Below are positions 1 to 34,236 of a stretch of DNA of 64,000 nucleotides, piece after piece. Source of the DNA: Camelus dromedarius (taxonomy: Eukaryota); contig NC_087446.1 of NCBI RefSeq assembly GCF_036321535.1, positions 62,682,001-62,746,000 on the forward strand. Reading direction: 5' to 3'. Each line of letters opens with the position of its first letter. Position 1 is the first letter of the stretch. The notes under the pieces are model-generated. The model did not search any database, was not told where the DNA came from, and worked only from the letters and a program-made list of their open reading frames with translations. The position numbers and the translations under genes are program-made.

Positions 1-634
1 TGTTATGGTAACTATTTTGTTATGTTGGGAGAAATGTCTCAAACAGGGAAGCAAAGAGGCACTGCTGAATGAGCTCTCTGGATAACTGGAATTCCTGTTT
101 CTGGAACAAGAATGCTGAAATCTGCCTTACAGCTGTCCAGGAAACCTCAGACCCCACCCATCCACACCCCACTATCCAGAAGAGAAACAGGGCTATGTGT
201 TATTAATTTCAGTAATGAGGCCAGAACCCGTGTGTGTACCACTACAGAGAGCCCTCAGAGCACGCTACAGACATCAACACATGGACATTTTCCAGGCAAC
301 TCCAAGTTTAAGTCAACAATTCCAAAGGAATCCATGTGGCACAAGTAATGTAACCAGGGAAGCTCCAGGATGGAAGCACAGCCCAAAGCATCACAAACCA
401 AAGCCGAAGAAGAGAGTTCTATGTCACAGGAGGAGCAGGCTAGAAGGGGCTAGTTGTGTTAGGGGCACGGTCATAAATCTGGGTTGAAGCAGCAGCAGGC
501 AGCTGGTAATGCCCGTTCTCCCAGACGCTCAGGCACTTCAATAAGGCCCACCTGTTGTTTTCTAAAACCCATCACAAGTCTAGCACAAAAGAGCTGGACC
601 GGCATTACGCAAACAAGGAAAACATGCTACTTTC

Positions 635-640
635 TTTATT
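635..640 (-). terminator. Candidate poly(A) signal AATAAA of TSFM
   Basis: TTTATT on the + strand, about 170 nt downstream of the TSFM stop codon. Confidence 0.6.
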
Positions 641-808
641 GTATAACAATTCTATTTAATGACTTTACCCACGAAGTATATAATTTCATTACGAACTCAA
701 ATGAAAAACAAATTCTGGGTGTGAAGAGGCTTAGGAAATAACTTCTGCTTATAATGATGTCCAGAGTTAAGAATAAACATTTCCTCCTGGGCCTAACATC
801 TCTGGAAC

Positions 809-8884
<8,076 letters not shown>

Positions 8885-9119
8885 CTCTCTGGTGGCGGCA
8901 CACTGTCGCCGGCCGGCGCGCCGGTGAGGCCAGGGGCCTACGGCGTGGCGGCGAGGCCAAAATTCCCCGCCGGACCGCGCCAAGCGGGGACGGCGCCACC
9001 TGCTGACCGGAGGCGGGGCGCGTTTGCCTCCCCAACGTGGTTTATAAGGTGAAATAACACAAACCACTAGACAGAGTTGTCATCAAATAAGCATACAAAA
9101 CACGTGGTAACACTTTATG

Positions 9120-9125
9120 TTTATT
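9120..9125 (-). terminator. Candidate distal poly(A) signal AATAAA of EEF1AKMT3
   Basis: First canonical AATAAA I found on the - strand downstream of the EEF1AKMT3 stop. An ATTAAA variant lies at 10213-10218. Confidence 0.5.
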
Positions 9126-10636
9126 TCTAATGCGCTTTCGTATTCATTATCCATTTATGACTCACGAAAAACTTGTGAGGTAGGAGGGTGGGTTCAGAAG
9201 TTTGGCCAAGCTCACCTAGAAAGGCTGGGGGAGTCCCTCCAACAAACCAAGCAAATATTTGTTGAATGAACAGAAATATTTGTTGAACACCAATTGTGTG
9301 CCAGGAACTGTGCTAGGCTTCAGAGAATGAGAGAGAAGTAAACCGTAGCCCTATCCTCCAAGGTCATCTAATGGTGAGAAAATAGGGAGCAGGCACATGA
9401 TCACACAAGGCAAGTCCCACAAGATGAACAGTTAAAGGATCTCAAGGGAGAAAGAAATCATATTCAAACAGGAGGCTCAGGAAAAGCTTTTTTTCAGGAA
9501 AGAGGCTAAGAGTAATAAAGATTTTGACAGGTAGAAATTGCACTTCCAGGCAGGGAATCACCAAAAAGAATGAAGGAAGAAGTCAGGGAATTTTGGTCTG
9601 GATTTAGGGAACAAAGAGTAGACCTTTTGTAATTTGGCCAGAGGTTGCAATACATGTAGGAAACCAGTAGGAAATGAAGTCGAAGGGTAATTTGGGATCA
9701 CATGGGATAGACTGAGTACTAAGCAGGAGAGCTTATTCTTGCTTCTCTTGGCAGCAGCAGAAACTAATCAGAGCTGATTTTGGAAGATCACAAGAATTTA
9801 TAAAATGGTTTGAAGGGTAGTGAATGGAGGCCAGGAGGCCAGAGGAGGTGATGTGTGGCTCAGGAGCAGGTAAAGAGAGCCCTATCCAGAGGTCCCACAG
9901 TGGGAGGAGAAAAGAGGTGAAGGCAAAACACATTAGGAAGGAAGGACTGGTGGAGCTTGGAAACTTAAAGAAAAATCAAAGAGGAGAACCTGGTACTTAG
10001 TGATCAGGGCTCCAACTCCAAAAAAAGATGATGGAGCTACTGTTCAAAGGACAGCTCTGCTGTCTATCCCCAACTTCAGGGCTGGGAGGACTTGACCCAG
10101 TTAGAGCATGGTCCCACCAGAGTCTACCTCTAGGAGCAAGAGGTTGGCGGCTTGAGGTTTCTTGCTTCAGCCACCCAGCAAAAGCCTGAGTTCTTCGGAT
10201 GCAGAAGGGATCTTTAATGCTCATTTCTTTCCCTTTAAAAAAAAAAAGTCCAGTACAATCTGGGGGGAAAAAATCCATTCTGTATAAAAAGACAATAGCA
10301 GAACTAGAAGGGACTGTGACCATCTTTCTGCAGCCACTGCTCTCACATCCCATTTACCTTCCCCCCTTAAAGTCTTGGCTATCATCTCACCTTCCTCCGC
10401 TGAGAACAGGAACTGGGAACTTCCTCTGCACTCTAAGCCAGTACAGCTAGGGCTCTCGTATTCCTAGCAAGCAGCTCCTCTCTGCACCTGCCTAAGAGTA
10501 TCTTGAGAAACAAAGAGGGCAGGAGAAAAGACTGAGGCAAGGGAAATCCATCCTTTTTGATCCTTATGTTTATGGCTTTGGAGATACGGCAGTTCCTTCA
10601 TTAGAAGAAGGGGTTCAGAGGAATGGAAGGGTGACG

Positions 10637-20470
<9,834 letters not shown>

Positions 20471-21839
20471 CTTTGCCTCTGCTGACCTTGCCTTAGCTGG
20501 ACCCCATCTTCCAAAGACTGGAAAGAAGATCAGGTCCCAGGACCTTCCCAGCTGAACCTGCTAGGGCTGGGAGGCAACAAACCTCTCAGAAATTGAGGAA
20601 CTGCCCAGGGCAGAACGACTGTCCCTGAGTCCTCTCACCTTCTTGCCCTTTCAGTGCCAGCAGAAAGCAAAAGAAGCTGACTGGAAAAGTCAAAAGACCT
20701 TGGACCAGAAGGGATCTTTGGAAGAGCATGGGGTTTTACTCCCCTTAGCACTCCCTTCTTCTGGGATCTCTCCTCAGCTGGAGTGAGGAATGCAGTTCAC
20801 TGTCCATCTAAACTGCCTGCTAGACTTGAGTCACCTGCCCACTTGTGTTTACTTTGCAGTTCTGGGGTAACATGTCTACGTGTGCACATGCCCATGCTGC
20901 TGTTTTGCAGGAAAGGCCAGAATGTGCGTCACTCCTGTCCTCTCCCTGGCTAAGATGTGACCTGGGGAATCTGTAGTGTCTTTATTGTAGTTGTCTCTGG
21001 AGAGTCCCTGGGGGGGTGTGGTGGTGGAGACCCTCTCCTTTTTCATGTTGACCTTTGATTCCAGAACTCCAGAGCTGACTGGCTGGCACAGAGCCTAACC
21101 TGGGGGTGGGGGTCGGGGTCGGGGGTGAGGATCACAGAGCTGAACTGGGGAGGATTCTGAGGCTAACAGTAGAAAGGGGCTGCTGGCTAGAAAGCCCCCA
21201 AAAGGGGACTGAGTCAGCTGGAGATTCAGAGCACTCACTTATCCCTTGCTTTGTCCAGGAGCCCAGATTAATCTCTGAACTTTTCTAATTTGCAAAAAGT
21301 TCCTTCATCTTTCTCAAGTTCCAAATTCTCATGGCCAGGTCTTGTGGACCTAAAAGGAAAGAAGATGAAAGCTCCCAGAGCCATTGTAACCCATTAATCC
21401 GCCTGCTGTCTGCCCAGTGTCAGGTGCAGATGGGGAGACGTGGTAGTGCAGGAGAATTCTGCTCACACACAGAAAAGGTGCAGCCAGATGAGCCAGGAGT
21501 CAGAGGACAGCTATAGCTTCCTTCCCTGCCTCCCTCCCCGAGGAGCTGGCAGATGGGGAATTCCTGAGGATGGGCCCCAGGGGGCCGAGCTCCTGGGGAA
21601 GTGGTGGGAATGCCACGGACCCACTCTGTATCTTGGTCACCTAAGCCTCACCAAATAGCCTTTCCCAGGAAGAGATCTTCAGGCTGCTGGACTAGGGCAC
21701 CAGCCCAGAAGGGGAAACCGAGGCAAGCCTCCCCTCCCAAGGGGGTCGTTGCAACATGACACCCAAGGGAGCCGCATTGGCAGCTCTGGCTCCGCCTACT
21801 GTTCCTGGGTGCTAATCCCCAGCACGGACCACTAAGGAG

Positions 21840-21967
21840 AGGGGATTGGCTGGGCAGCTTGAAAAGGGGGCGTCGCCACTACTTTGCCCAAGGGTTAAAA
21901 TAGGGGCTCAGTCAAGCAGGCAAGATGCTCCGGAGAAGCGTGCTTTCGCGGTTTCCCGAGGGAGACC
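21840..21967 (+). promoter_or_regulatory. CYP27B1 proximal promoter (inverted CCAAT at 21845-21849, TATA-like TTAAAATA at 21895-21902)
   Basis: Motifs read directly; their spacing to the ATG at 21968 fits a TATA-type promoter. Confidence 0.6.
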
Positions 21968-25935
<3,968 letters not shown>

Positions 25936-26694
25936 TCTTGTGGAAGGAGGCTGTCATTATCACTGTTTCTTTCATCATAGGGGTTTATTAGGCACAAGAC
26001 CAAAAGATGTGTATTACCCCCGAGGCCTGTCTGTCTGACCCAACTGGTTAGAATGACCATAGCAAAGTGCTAAGAAGCAGCCTGACCCAAGCATGCACTG
26101 GGCCTGAACCAGCAGGCCCAGAGAAAACCATGGTCCCTTTGCCTGCTTAGCCCTTCTGGTCATATCATGGGTTTCCTCCAAGGGCCAGCTCAGATTTTAA
26201 CTAATAATGCTGGGTGGCCTGAGGAAGAATTCAGCCACTGCCCCTTCAGGAATTCAGTGTTCAACTGCTGCTGGCTAAGCCCTGGTCACGGCATGAGCTA
26301 AGTAACTGCATAGGGTCTGCAGCTGGTTGATCCTCACTTCTGGCATGTGAGCTCTTTGAGAGGAAGGATGAAGACTTATTCTGTCTTACATCCGCTGCCA
26401 GCACCTCTCCCTGACGGGGTGACACCATACAGGTTCTCAGATTGTATGTGGACCATGTGGCAGAAGGGATAAGCAGCTTACCAGGCTCTGTCTTCCTCAC
26501 TCCCTTCCCATCTTGCCCCTAGGAAGGTGAGTCTACCCCTGCCTGCTTTATGATTTCTTAAAAACTCTCCTTGGCTCTCTGGTCACTATGAGGTTGGCTT
26601 GCCCCACTTGAGTCCTAAGCAGAGACATCTTTGGATCTGTCCCTGCCCAAGCCTTCTTTTTATGTATTGAAGTTTTAAAATATTCGGTTTTTAA

Positions 26695-26700
26695 ATTAAA
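26695..26700 (+). terminator. Candidate poly(A) signal ATTAAA of CYP27B1
   Basis: About 760 nt after the stop codon, in an AT-rich context followed by T-rich sequence. Confidence 0.55.
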
Positions 26701-28621
26701 AATAGTTTGAATGTTCCATCCTTGACTTCTGACTTACTTCTTTCCCACTCTCACTCTCACTTCCTATAAGACCTGGAGGCAAGACCCTCATCCAAATCCT
26801 CCACCTTGGTTCCTCAGGTCCTGACAGTGACCTCCATAATGATGAGAGGTCTACACTCATGGAAGAATGGTTTGCATCACAAACCCAGACACACTTCTGT
26901 CTGTAGTGGGAACAGCCAAGTCTGGCTCCCTGTAAGAGACTAAGGGGGTGGTGGTGAAAAGTAACTGCCAGGACTAGGCTGTAAAAACGGTGGGGGGGAG
27001 CTAGGTTTTGCAGAGCTGGCCAGAGGTGGCTGAGCCTTCAATACGAGAGTGCTTTTAGAACCTGGACTGCCAGGACCGAAGGATGCCACTCTGCCCTCTC
27101 TGGAAAAGTTGTTTCAACTAATTTCCTTCAGAGGAAGGCAGGGATACAGGCAGAGAGGTGGAATCAGACAGACAGGATGAAAGCTAAGTGTGGGGGTGGC
27201 CAGAAGCCCTGGAGCACCAAGGCAGAAGAGAGGTGGGCAGCGGGAGCCTGTTTCCCTGAGTCAGCACTCTCTGGCCCCCCAGAGGCTGGGCTCAGTTCTC
27301 CCCGTGTGATGTATATAGATTAACTCATCTTCCATACGAATAAATCTCTCAGCACACTCCCCGCAGCTCCCTTGTAGCCTAGATTACCCTCCCCATGTCA
27401 GGACTTGCCCCCTTCCGTCTGCTTCCCTCCATTCCAATTAGCGGGTAGAGACGGGGATTTCACTTCACACTTCCTCCTCCTCCCACCACCTCAGCCCCTG
27501 CCCTAGACATGGCTCCCTGGCCACAGAAACTCCATTAGCCACTAGCCTTCTGGGGTATCTATTTATGCAGGAACCAAGGTTTGCATGCTTTTATCGCCCC
27601 TCCTCTCAACTCCTTCTCTGCTAGATTCTCAGTCTCCACCCCACTCCCCTATCACTAAACTCAACTTGAACCTAAGTGACCTGATTTTTTAGCAGTTTTG
27701 AGCTTTGAGAGAGAGTAAAGCCCAGCTTCCTCTCAGACCCTTTCCCCTGGAATCAGTGGTGAGAATTTTGTTTACCCGCATTCCTCACTGGGCAAGTAGG
27801 ACTGCTCACTGGAGGAGGGCTGCAGTTCCTGTGACCCCGTTTCCTGGACAAGAATCCCTTAAAGGTGGAAAAGGGGAAGGAGAGAGGACCTTGGCTGTCA
27901 CAACCTCCATACCAAGACCTCCAATGGCTCTGAAGGGGAGGGGGGCTGTACTGTCTCACTTGGCCTGGTTCTAGGACACAGAGTAGAAATGAAGATCATG
28001 TGTTTGTGTGCAAGTGTGCCTATGACCTTGAGTATGTCTAAGCCTCCATGTGGGGCCATCATGGGGGACAGCCCAGGCTTGGCACAGGAAACCCTGCCTG
28101 TGTCATATCTACCTAAATCCTATCTGCCAGGATAGGTATTACTAGTCACTTGGATTTGCTCTCTCCCTTCTGGTCCCCATCAGCTATTCTTTGAATTGCA
28201 AATCAGTGAAGTCTGGCCCTTCTGTCTCCCCATGTGGGGATGGGGAAGGTTCTCTCTCTGGGGAACCAGTTTTCCATGGAAAAGTAGGGGGCTCAGCCTC
28301 ATGCTCTCTCCACTTTGATCCCCTTTGAGGTTGAAACTGATGCACTTTAACACTTCAAGGTAACTCAAACCCAAGTACAGATTTGGTTCCTATATTCCCA
28401 GGCGAGTCTGGGTGCCAGCACCATGGACAGCGGCTGAGACCCTCTTTTGGAGAGGGGCAGAGGAAGACCATTTCCTGGGCAAGGATGTGTGACCGTTAAT
28501 AAAGAAGCATTGTCCTCAAAATATCCCCAGGGAGGAGGAAGAGCAGACCCTTCCCTAAGAGAAGGACCAATAATAGGAAAGGCCTCTGGGTCTGATTTTA
28601 GCAATGTTATGAAGTAATCAT

Positions 28622-28627
28622 TTTAAT
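28622..28627 (-). terminator. Candidate poly(A) signal ATTAAA of MARCHF9
   Basis: TTTAAT on the + strand, about 1.46 kb past the MARCHF9 stop. Confidence 0.4.
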
Positions 28628-30082
28628 TACTAATGAATAGTTCACGTAAAAGACGCCATCATTCATATAATACATAGCCCCAAGGCCTCAGGAGAAAGGC
28701 ACCAGGTTTTAGGCTGACATTTTAACCAGTCCTTCTCAAACCTTTTCTCTATAAACAACAGCCCTATATGCTGTTGCCTCCAAGCACAATATTTTCCAGT
28801 TAATATCCCTAGCTTGGTCACACCAGGATCAGACCTGTGACCCTGAACTGCCATAGGAGTAGCTTAAACTGGAGTTGGAGTCTCATAACCCTGGGAGATT
28901 CTGTCTGTCTCATTCTAAATAAGTCCAAATTCACTTCATATCACTACTCCAGAACACGTTACCTAGTAGGGATTAAGAGAATCCACAAGATCCCCAGAGC
29001 AAGAAAGGTAGCTCCAGCTTTCCCCAGCCCCCAAAGTTTAGGGGGCTGGAGGAGCTCTCATTCTTGCAAATAACCACTCTCCTTCACATTTGCAATGTCT
29101 ATTTCCCTTCATATTTTCCATATCTATTATGACACTCAACACAAATTTCCAAGACTCTGTGCAACTCCAAATGAAAAACACATTTTGGAATTTGTTAACC
29201 AGCTATTTGAAATAAATGGACCATCAACTAGTATAGAAATCTTTTTTATGCCATCACTGATTTTCTTTGCAATGGCATTCAACCTGTCCCTCATTTATCC
29301 TCAATCCAACCCTATGAGGTAGACAGGAAAACCACGGTGGAAAGATTTGTTTCTAAATCACACAACACGCAGGTGTCAGGTCCACCCCTCAGATATCTCT
29401 GAGCACTGCCACCTAGCAGCCAATGTGAATTATTCACCACCAAGTGTGAGTTACACCTCCAACTCAGAACCCACTGCTGCATTTGGGATTTGCAACCTCT
29501 GCAGAGAAACCTCCCCACACCTCCCAACCCTACAGCAAAGCCCCAGATGAGAAAGGAGTCTCCATGTGCATATAAATGATTCTTTATGCCCTCCCCCCAT
29601 GCAGTGGGGGGCGGAGCAGGGGGAAGTACCCCCGCCCTCATGCAGGGAACGGGAGGTCAATGTATATTAGTCTTATTGCCAGCTGCCCTGTGGCCATGGA
29701 GTGGGGAATGGGGGGTCTACAGCCCCTTTCTTCTGGCATTGGTCCCCCTTCACCAAGTCACCGTGGTGGAGCTGGGGGCCTGGAGGCCCTAGGAGCTGAG
29801 GTAAGGACGGTTCTCATGGGAAGAAAAGATGCTCTCCCCACAGCCCACTGGCTGCCCCAGGATGACTGTGAGGAGCTGTCAGTGGGGGCTGGAATTTTAT
29901 CCAGGTGTCTCTACCCAGTGGGCAGTAGAGGCCAATGTCTCCAGGTTGAGGCTGCCCACAGAGATCCTCAGCAGTGAGGGCCGTGAGCCCAAAACACCCT
30001 GTCCAGGTGGTACCTCCAGCAGCCATGACAGCGTATCTCTGGCCGATGCACTGACTCAAGATCCCTGCTCCTGGAGTTCACT

Positions 30083-33000
30083 TCAGACCGTAGTGACCCT
30101 CATGACAACCTCGCGGCCAGAATGGGAACTGGAACGGGCATCTGGTGGCCGCAGCTGTCCAAGGAGATGCAGGATTGTGTAACCACAGCGCTGAGGCAAG
30201 AGCGTCCGCATGCGCTGGGCAGCCGGGGGGCGGCTGGTGGCCCCAGAGGGGGGGCCCGTCCGTGAGGTCCTGGGGCCCGGCTTCCCTGCCGTCCCTCCCC
30301 CTGCATCTCCTCCTATGTCCTTGGTTTTGTCATAATTCAGGACCTTCCACTGCTGGTTCACTGCCTGCCAACGCTTGAAGATACGGTAGACAGAAGAGCC
30401 TTCGTGGACGATCAGGCCTGAGCAGAGGAATAAGAAATTCAGGGTCAACTGCTGCCCAGACCTAGGCCAGAGGTACTCAAGAAAGCATTTCTCCAGGGCG
30501 AGGGGAGAGGGTTGCAAAGGGCCTAAAGAAGCAGGGAAAGGAGGGGCACCAAGATAGCCCTAAAGGCTCTCAGTGGGAGAGCGTGTGGCCATGAAACTGA
30601 AGGAATGGGTAGGGAAAGTTAGGTGTGTGAGCTGGAGGAAGATGCTGAGCAGGGAAGGGGGAGAGAGAGACCCTCACCTATGCAGACGACATCCATGAAG
30701 CCGTACATGCCGTAGCAGATCTGAAAGAGCAGATCTTGCCGTTGCCACTTGGCTGAAGGGCTGAGTGAAGACCAGATGAGCCAGGAGATGCTGGCAACGA
30801 GGAACAGAGAGCCCAGGACTATGGCTGCAATCTGGACCTTCTCAATGACCGTCAGAGAGATGGCCTGCCACTGTGTGGGAGACAAGGTTCCAAAAAGTCA
30901 CAGAAAGAGATGGAGGGCCGGGTTATGGGTGACCTTGAATAGGAGGATGCTCCAGGAGCCTTCCTGAAACCCTTCAGGCACGATTGACAATGTCTTCACT
31001 GTGCCTTGATCAAACTTAGAATGTGGTACTTCTCACACTGTTTGAGATCACTTTCTGTCTTATTTTAGGAAGGCAGGATCAGGCAAGTGCTCTGAAGCCA
31101 CCATCTAGGTTGGGATTCCAAATCCTTACTTTTTCACTTACTGACTGAGTAACTTTGGGCAAGTTTTTGAATCTCTTTGTGTATCAATGTCCTCATCTTT
31201 AAAATGGGGATAATAATGGTACATAACTGTTAAGATTGTTATGAAGATTACAAGAGCTAATACACACCAAGAGCCTGACACATAGAAAACTCTACATGTT
31301 TGTTATCAGCAGTAGCAGCGGCATTACCACTTTTGCTCTTTTGTTGTCCTAGTGCCTGGAACACAGGTGGCACCCAATGAATGTCTTTGTGAACAAATAA
31401 AGGAAGGGAGGATTTACAGACAGACAGGAGATTATGGTAATGGAATGGAGAGTGACTTTGAAGCAAGAGTAAATAAATGAAATAGGCTCCCTGGAGGGTC
31501 CCTAATTCTGATTGCTGAAGGGTCTTGCCCCAGTCTCAGAGTTCTCCCATTGCACCTCACCTGCAGGGGGTTCTTGGTGCTGATCGCCAGGACCTGGTAC
31601 TTGAAGTAGCAGAGCTCACAGCTCCAGGAGCCCCTCTCGCTGATCCAGCGGATGAGGCAGGGCTGATGTGTGCAGCGCACTGAGCCGTCACAGCGGCAGG
31701 GGCTCAGGAGCTCCCCCTGGAGGAAGAGTGAGGAGAGTCCCTGTCAGCTGTCGCCACCCGAACCCACTCCTCTCGATTCTGGGGAGAGGGAAACTTCCTC
31801 TCTAGGTCAGCCTCCTACCTTAGAAACAAAAACAAAAACAAAAACAAAAGAAAACCTGGGGCCTTTCAACCAAGACAGGGCAAGAGTCTAAGGCTGTTAC
31901 AGCCTAAAAGAAAAAATTCAGAGCTCAACGTAAACTTCCTTGACCAAATAGAAGAAAGATGTAAAGGGACAGGGGGTGGGGGGTTGCTGGGGAGTACTGG
32001 GTCTTCTCTGTTCCTAGAATTTGGGGGAGGCTCCTCTTTAAGACCTCCCAAACAGAAGGCTACCCCTTAGGATCTGGAGAGACAGATGGGGAGGGTCAGA
32101 GCTTCTGAGCCATGCCTTCCCAACCCACTCCATCACTGTAAAGTATTTCACAGTGGTGCAGACTGGGTTGGTTTACTGTCCTCAGTTTCCACCCAAAAGG
32201 TGGGAAAATCCTATGGTTGGGAGTGGAGGGTGTTCCCATTTAATCAAAGAGTAATTTCTCACGACACAGAAACATCCCCCTGGCACTATCCCGGGACAAC
32301 TTTGTCCATAACATTTAACAAAGAATACTCTTTGGAATGAGAAAGAAAGTTGTGGAATGCGAAGTGAAGAAAAGTGCCCCACGGAGAGGAATACTGAGTA
32401 AGGCGAGAGCGGCGGCTGGGCCCCTCCCTTCAAGGTGGGAACAGAAGCATTCTCTTCTCTGCCCAACTCCTAGAGAATAGGCCCTCTCAGGTTACAGAGA
32501 CCCTGGGGTGAGAGAAGTGGGGAGAAAGACTGTCCCGGTTAAGGGGTGAGAGGGATTTTGAGCCCTCCCAGGAGAAAGCCGCACCCCTTCTTGGGGAACC
32601 CGATCCCCCTCCAGCCCAAACCTACCCGCCGGGAGTCTCCAGACAAGCCCCCCAACCTCACCCTATTTCCACCCCGGGTCCTGAGTCCCGCCCAGCCTTC
32701 TCAGGCCCCGCCCCCTGTTCCTGGTCTCCCCGGGCGCCCCAGGTGCGCGCCCCCATCCCTCCCCGCCCCGCCGCGTGCCCAGGCCTGACCTGCTCCGGTC
32801 CCTGGAAGCAGATTCTGCACTGGGGAGTTCGGAGCCCGCTGTCCAGGCTGCTGCTGAGAGANNNNNNNNNNNNNNNNNNNNNNNNNNNNNNNNNNNNNNN
32901 NNNNNNNNNNNNNNNNNNNNNNNNNNNNNNNNNNNNNNNNNNNNNNNNNNNNNNNNNNNNNNNNNNNNNNNNNNNNNNNNNNNNNNNNNNNNNGCCGTCC

Positions 33001-33146
33001 CGGGTCGAGCAGCCGGCGAAGGGCGCCCAGCCGCAGCCGCCTCCCCCGCCCCCCCGGGGCTGCGGCTCGGCCCGGGGCCGCCCCCCGCCCGTCAGCACCA
33101 GCAGCTTCAGCTCGTTCAGGAACATGCGGAGCCGAGACTTGAGCAT
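30083..33146 (-). CDS. MARCHF9: Membrane-associated RING-CH E3 ubiquitin ligase 9 (4 exons, 346 aa; 44 codons of exon 1 lie in an N-gap)
   Basis: Exons 32790-33146, 31561-31716, 30678-30870, 30083-30417; GT-AG; 1041 nt. RING-CH CRICFQG...[15 protein letters not shown]...CELC, two transmembrane helices, C-terminal PDZ-type VTTV. Confidence 0.96.
31000..31270. mobile_element. MIR SINE remnant(s) in MARCHF9 intron 2
   Basis: 'gtaactttgggcaagtttttgaatctctttgtg...cctcatctttaaaatggggataataatgg'. Confidence 0.7.
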
Positions 33147-33800
33147 CGTCCGGGCGCTGGGGGCAGGGGGCGGCGTGCACGGGGAACTCTCGGGAGGCGG
33201 GGGGAAGGGAGAGGACAAGGCCGGGAAGGGGTCGCGCGCTCGAGAGCCAAGCCCAGTCGGGGTCTTCGGGGCCTGCAAGAGCCGTTCACTGCTGCCACCG
33301 CCGGAGCTCCGGGGCTTGCGGGGCCGAAAGGGCTGGCGGCCCGGGGGCGGCGGGGCGGGCAGCCATGGTCGGGGCAGGGGGCGGGGAGGGGGGCTTAGGG
33401 TGCCGCGCCCCTCGGGTCCGGGTCCGGAGCGGGCCGGGCCCCCGGGGTTACGCGCCCCGGTCCTCCTGCGGCGGGGCCGCCCCCCATCGTCGTCCTCCTG
33501 GCCCCAGTCCCGCTCCGGCTCCCGGCTCCGGCTCGGCTCGGCCCGTGCGCTCGGAGGTGGCAAATGGCGGCTCCTTCCGGCGGCGGCGGCGGCGGCGGCG
33601 GAGACCCCCCCGGAGCGGCGGGCGGGCGGGCGGGGCGGGAGCCGGGGAGCCGGTGAGGGATGGAGGGATGGGCGGGGCGGGGAGGGGGAAAGGAGGAGAA
33701 GTGGCCGCGGCTGCGCATCCCAGCCCTGCCCCGCACGAGCAGGTGTCCCCAGAGGCGGGGGCGAGTGTGCCAGCCCGGGGGACGGTGGGGGGAGGGGAGT
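32650..33800. promoter_or_regulatory. CpG island / promoter and 5' leader of MARCHF9, with (CGG)8 at 33578-33601 and a YY1-like AAATGGCGGC at 33562-33571
   Basis: Very high GC/CpG content; motifs read directly. Confidence 0.8.
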
Positions 33801-34214
33801 GGCCAAGGAAGGGGAGTGTGCACACGGGTAGGAGAATAGGTGTGTCAATGGGGGTGTGGAGGGGTGAGCTCGTGGGGATGGAAGGTGAGTGGTCAAAGAC
33901 GCAGGTGCACCAGGGAGGGAGAGGCTGTGCAAAATGGGAATGTGAAAGACAGAGCTATGCAACGGTCCGAGGTGATGGAGGTGAGTGAGCAAGAGATGGA
34001 CTCAAGCAATAAGCATTTTTACACAAAAGATTGAAAAGTGTGCATGGTGTGGGACTGTGGAAAATAGATGAGTATGTAAGGGATGGAACTGGATTGTATG
34101 AGAAACAAAAGTGTGTAATGGTCATATGTGAGTAAAGTGAGTGAGCAAGAGAGACTGGAGTGCTAAAGGGATGAGGGTCTTTCCTGGTACTCTCACTGCA
34201 CTGAAGTGAACAAA

Positions 34215-34236
34215 ACACACACACACACACACACAC
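34215..34236 (+). repeat. (AC)11 microsatellite
   Basis: Read directly. Confidence 0.9.

Noticed and set aside
1-634. Possible AVIL coding sequence expected by synteny
   Set aside because: No villin/gelsolin or headpiece peptide is recognisable; at most this is UTR or intergenic sequence.
32658-33992. 444-aa ORF extending MARCHF9 upstream, plus 362- and 207-aa + strand ORFs
   Set aside because: They begin at non-ATG or weak starts in low-complexity GC-rich sequence and read through Ns. The conserved protein starts at MLKSRL (33146).
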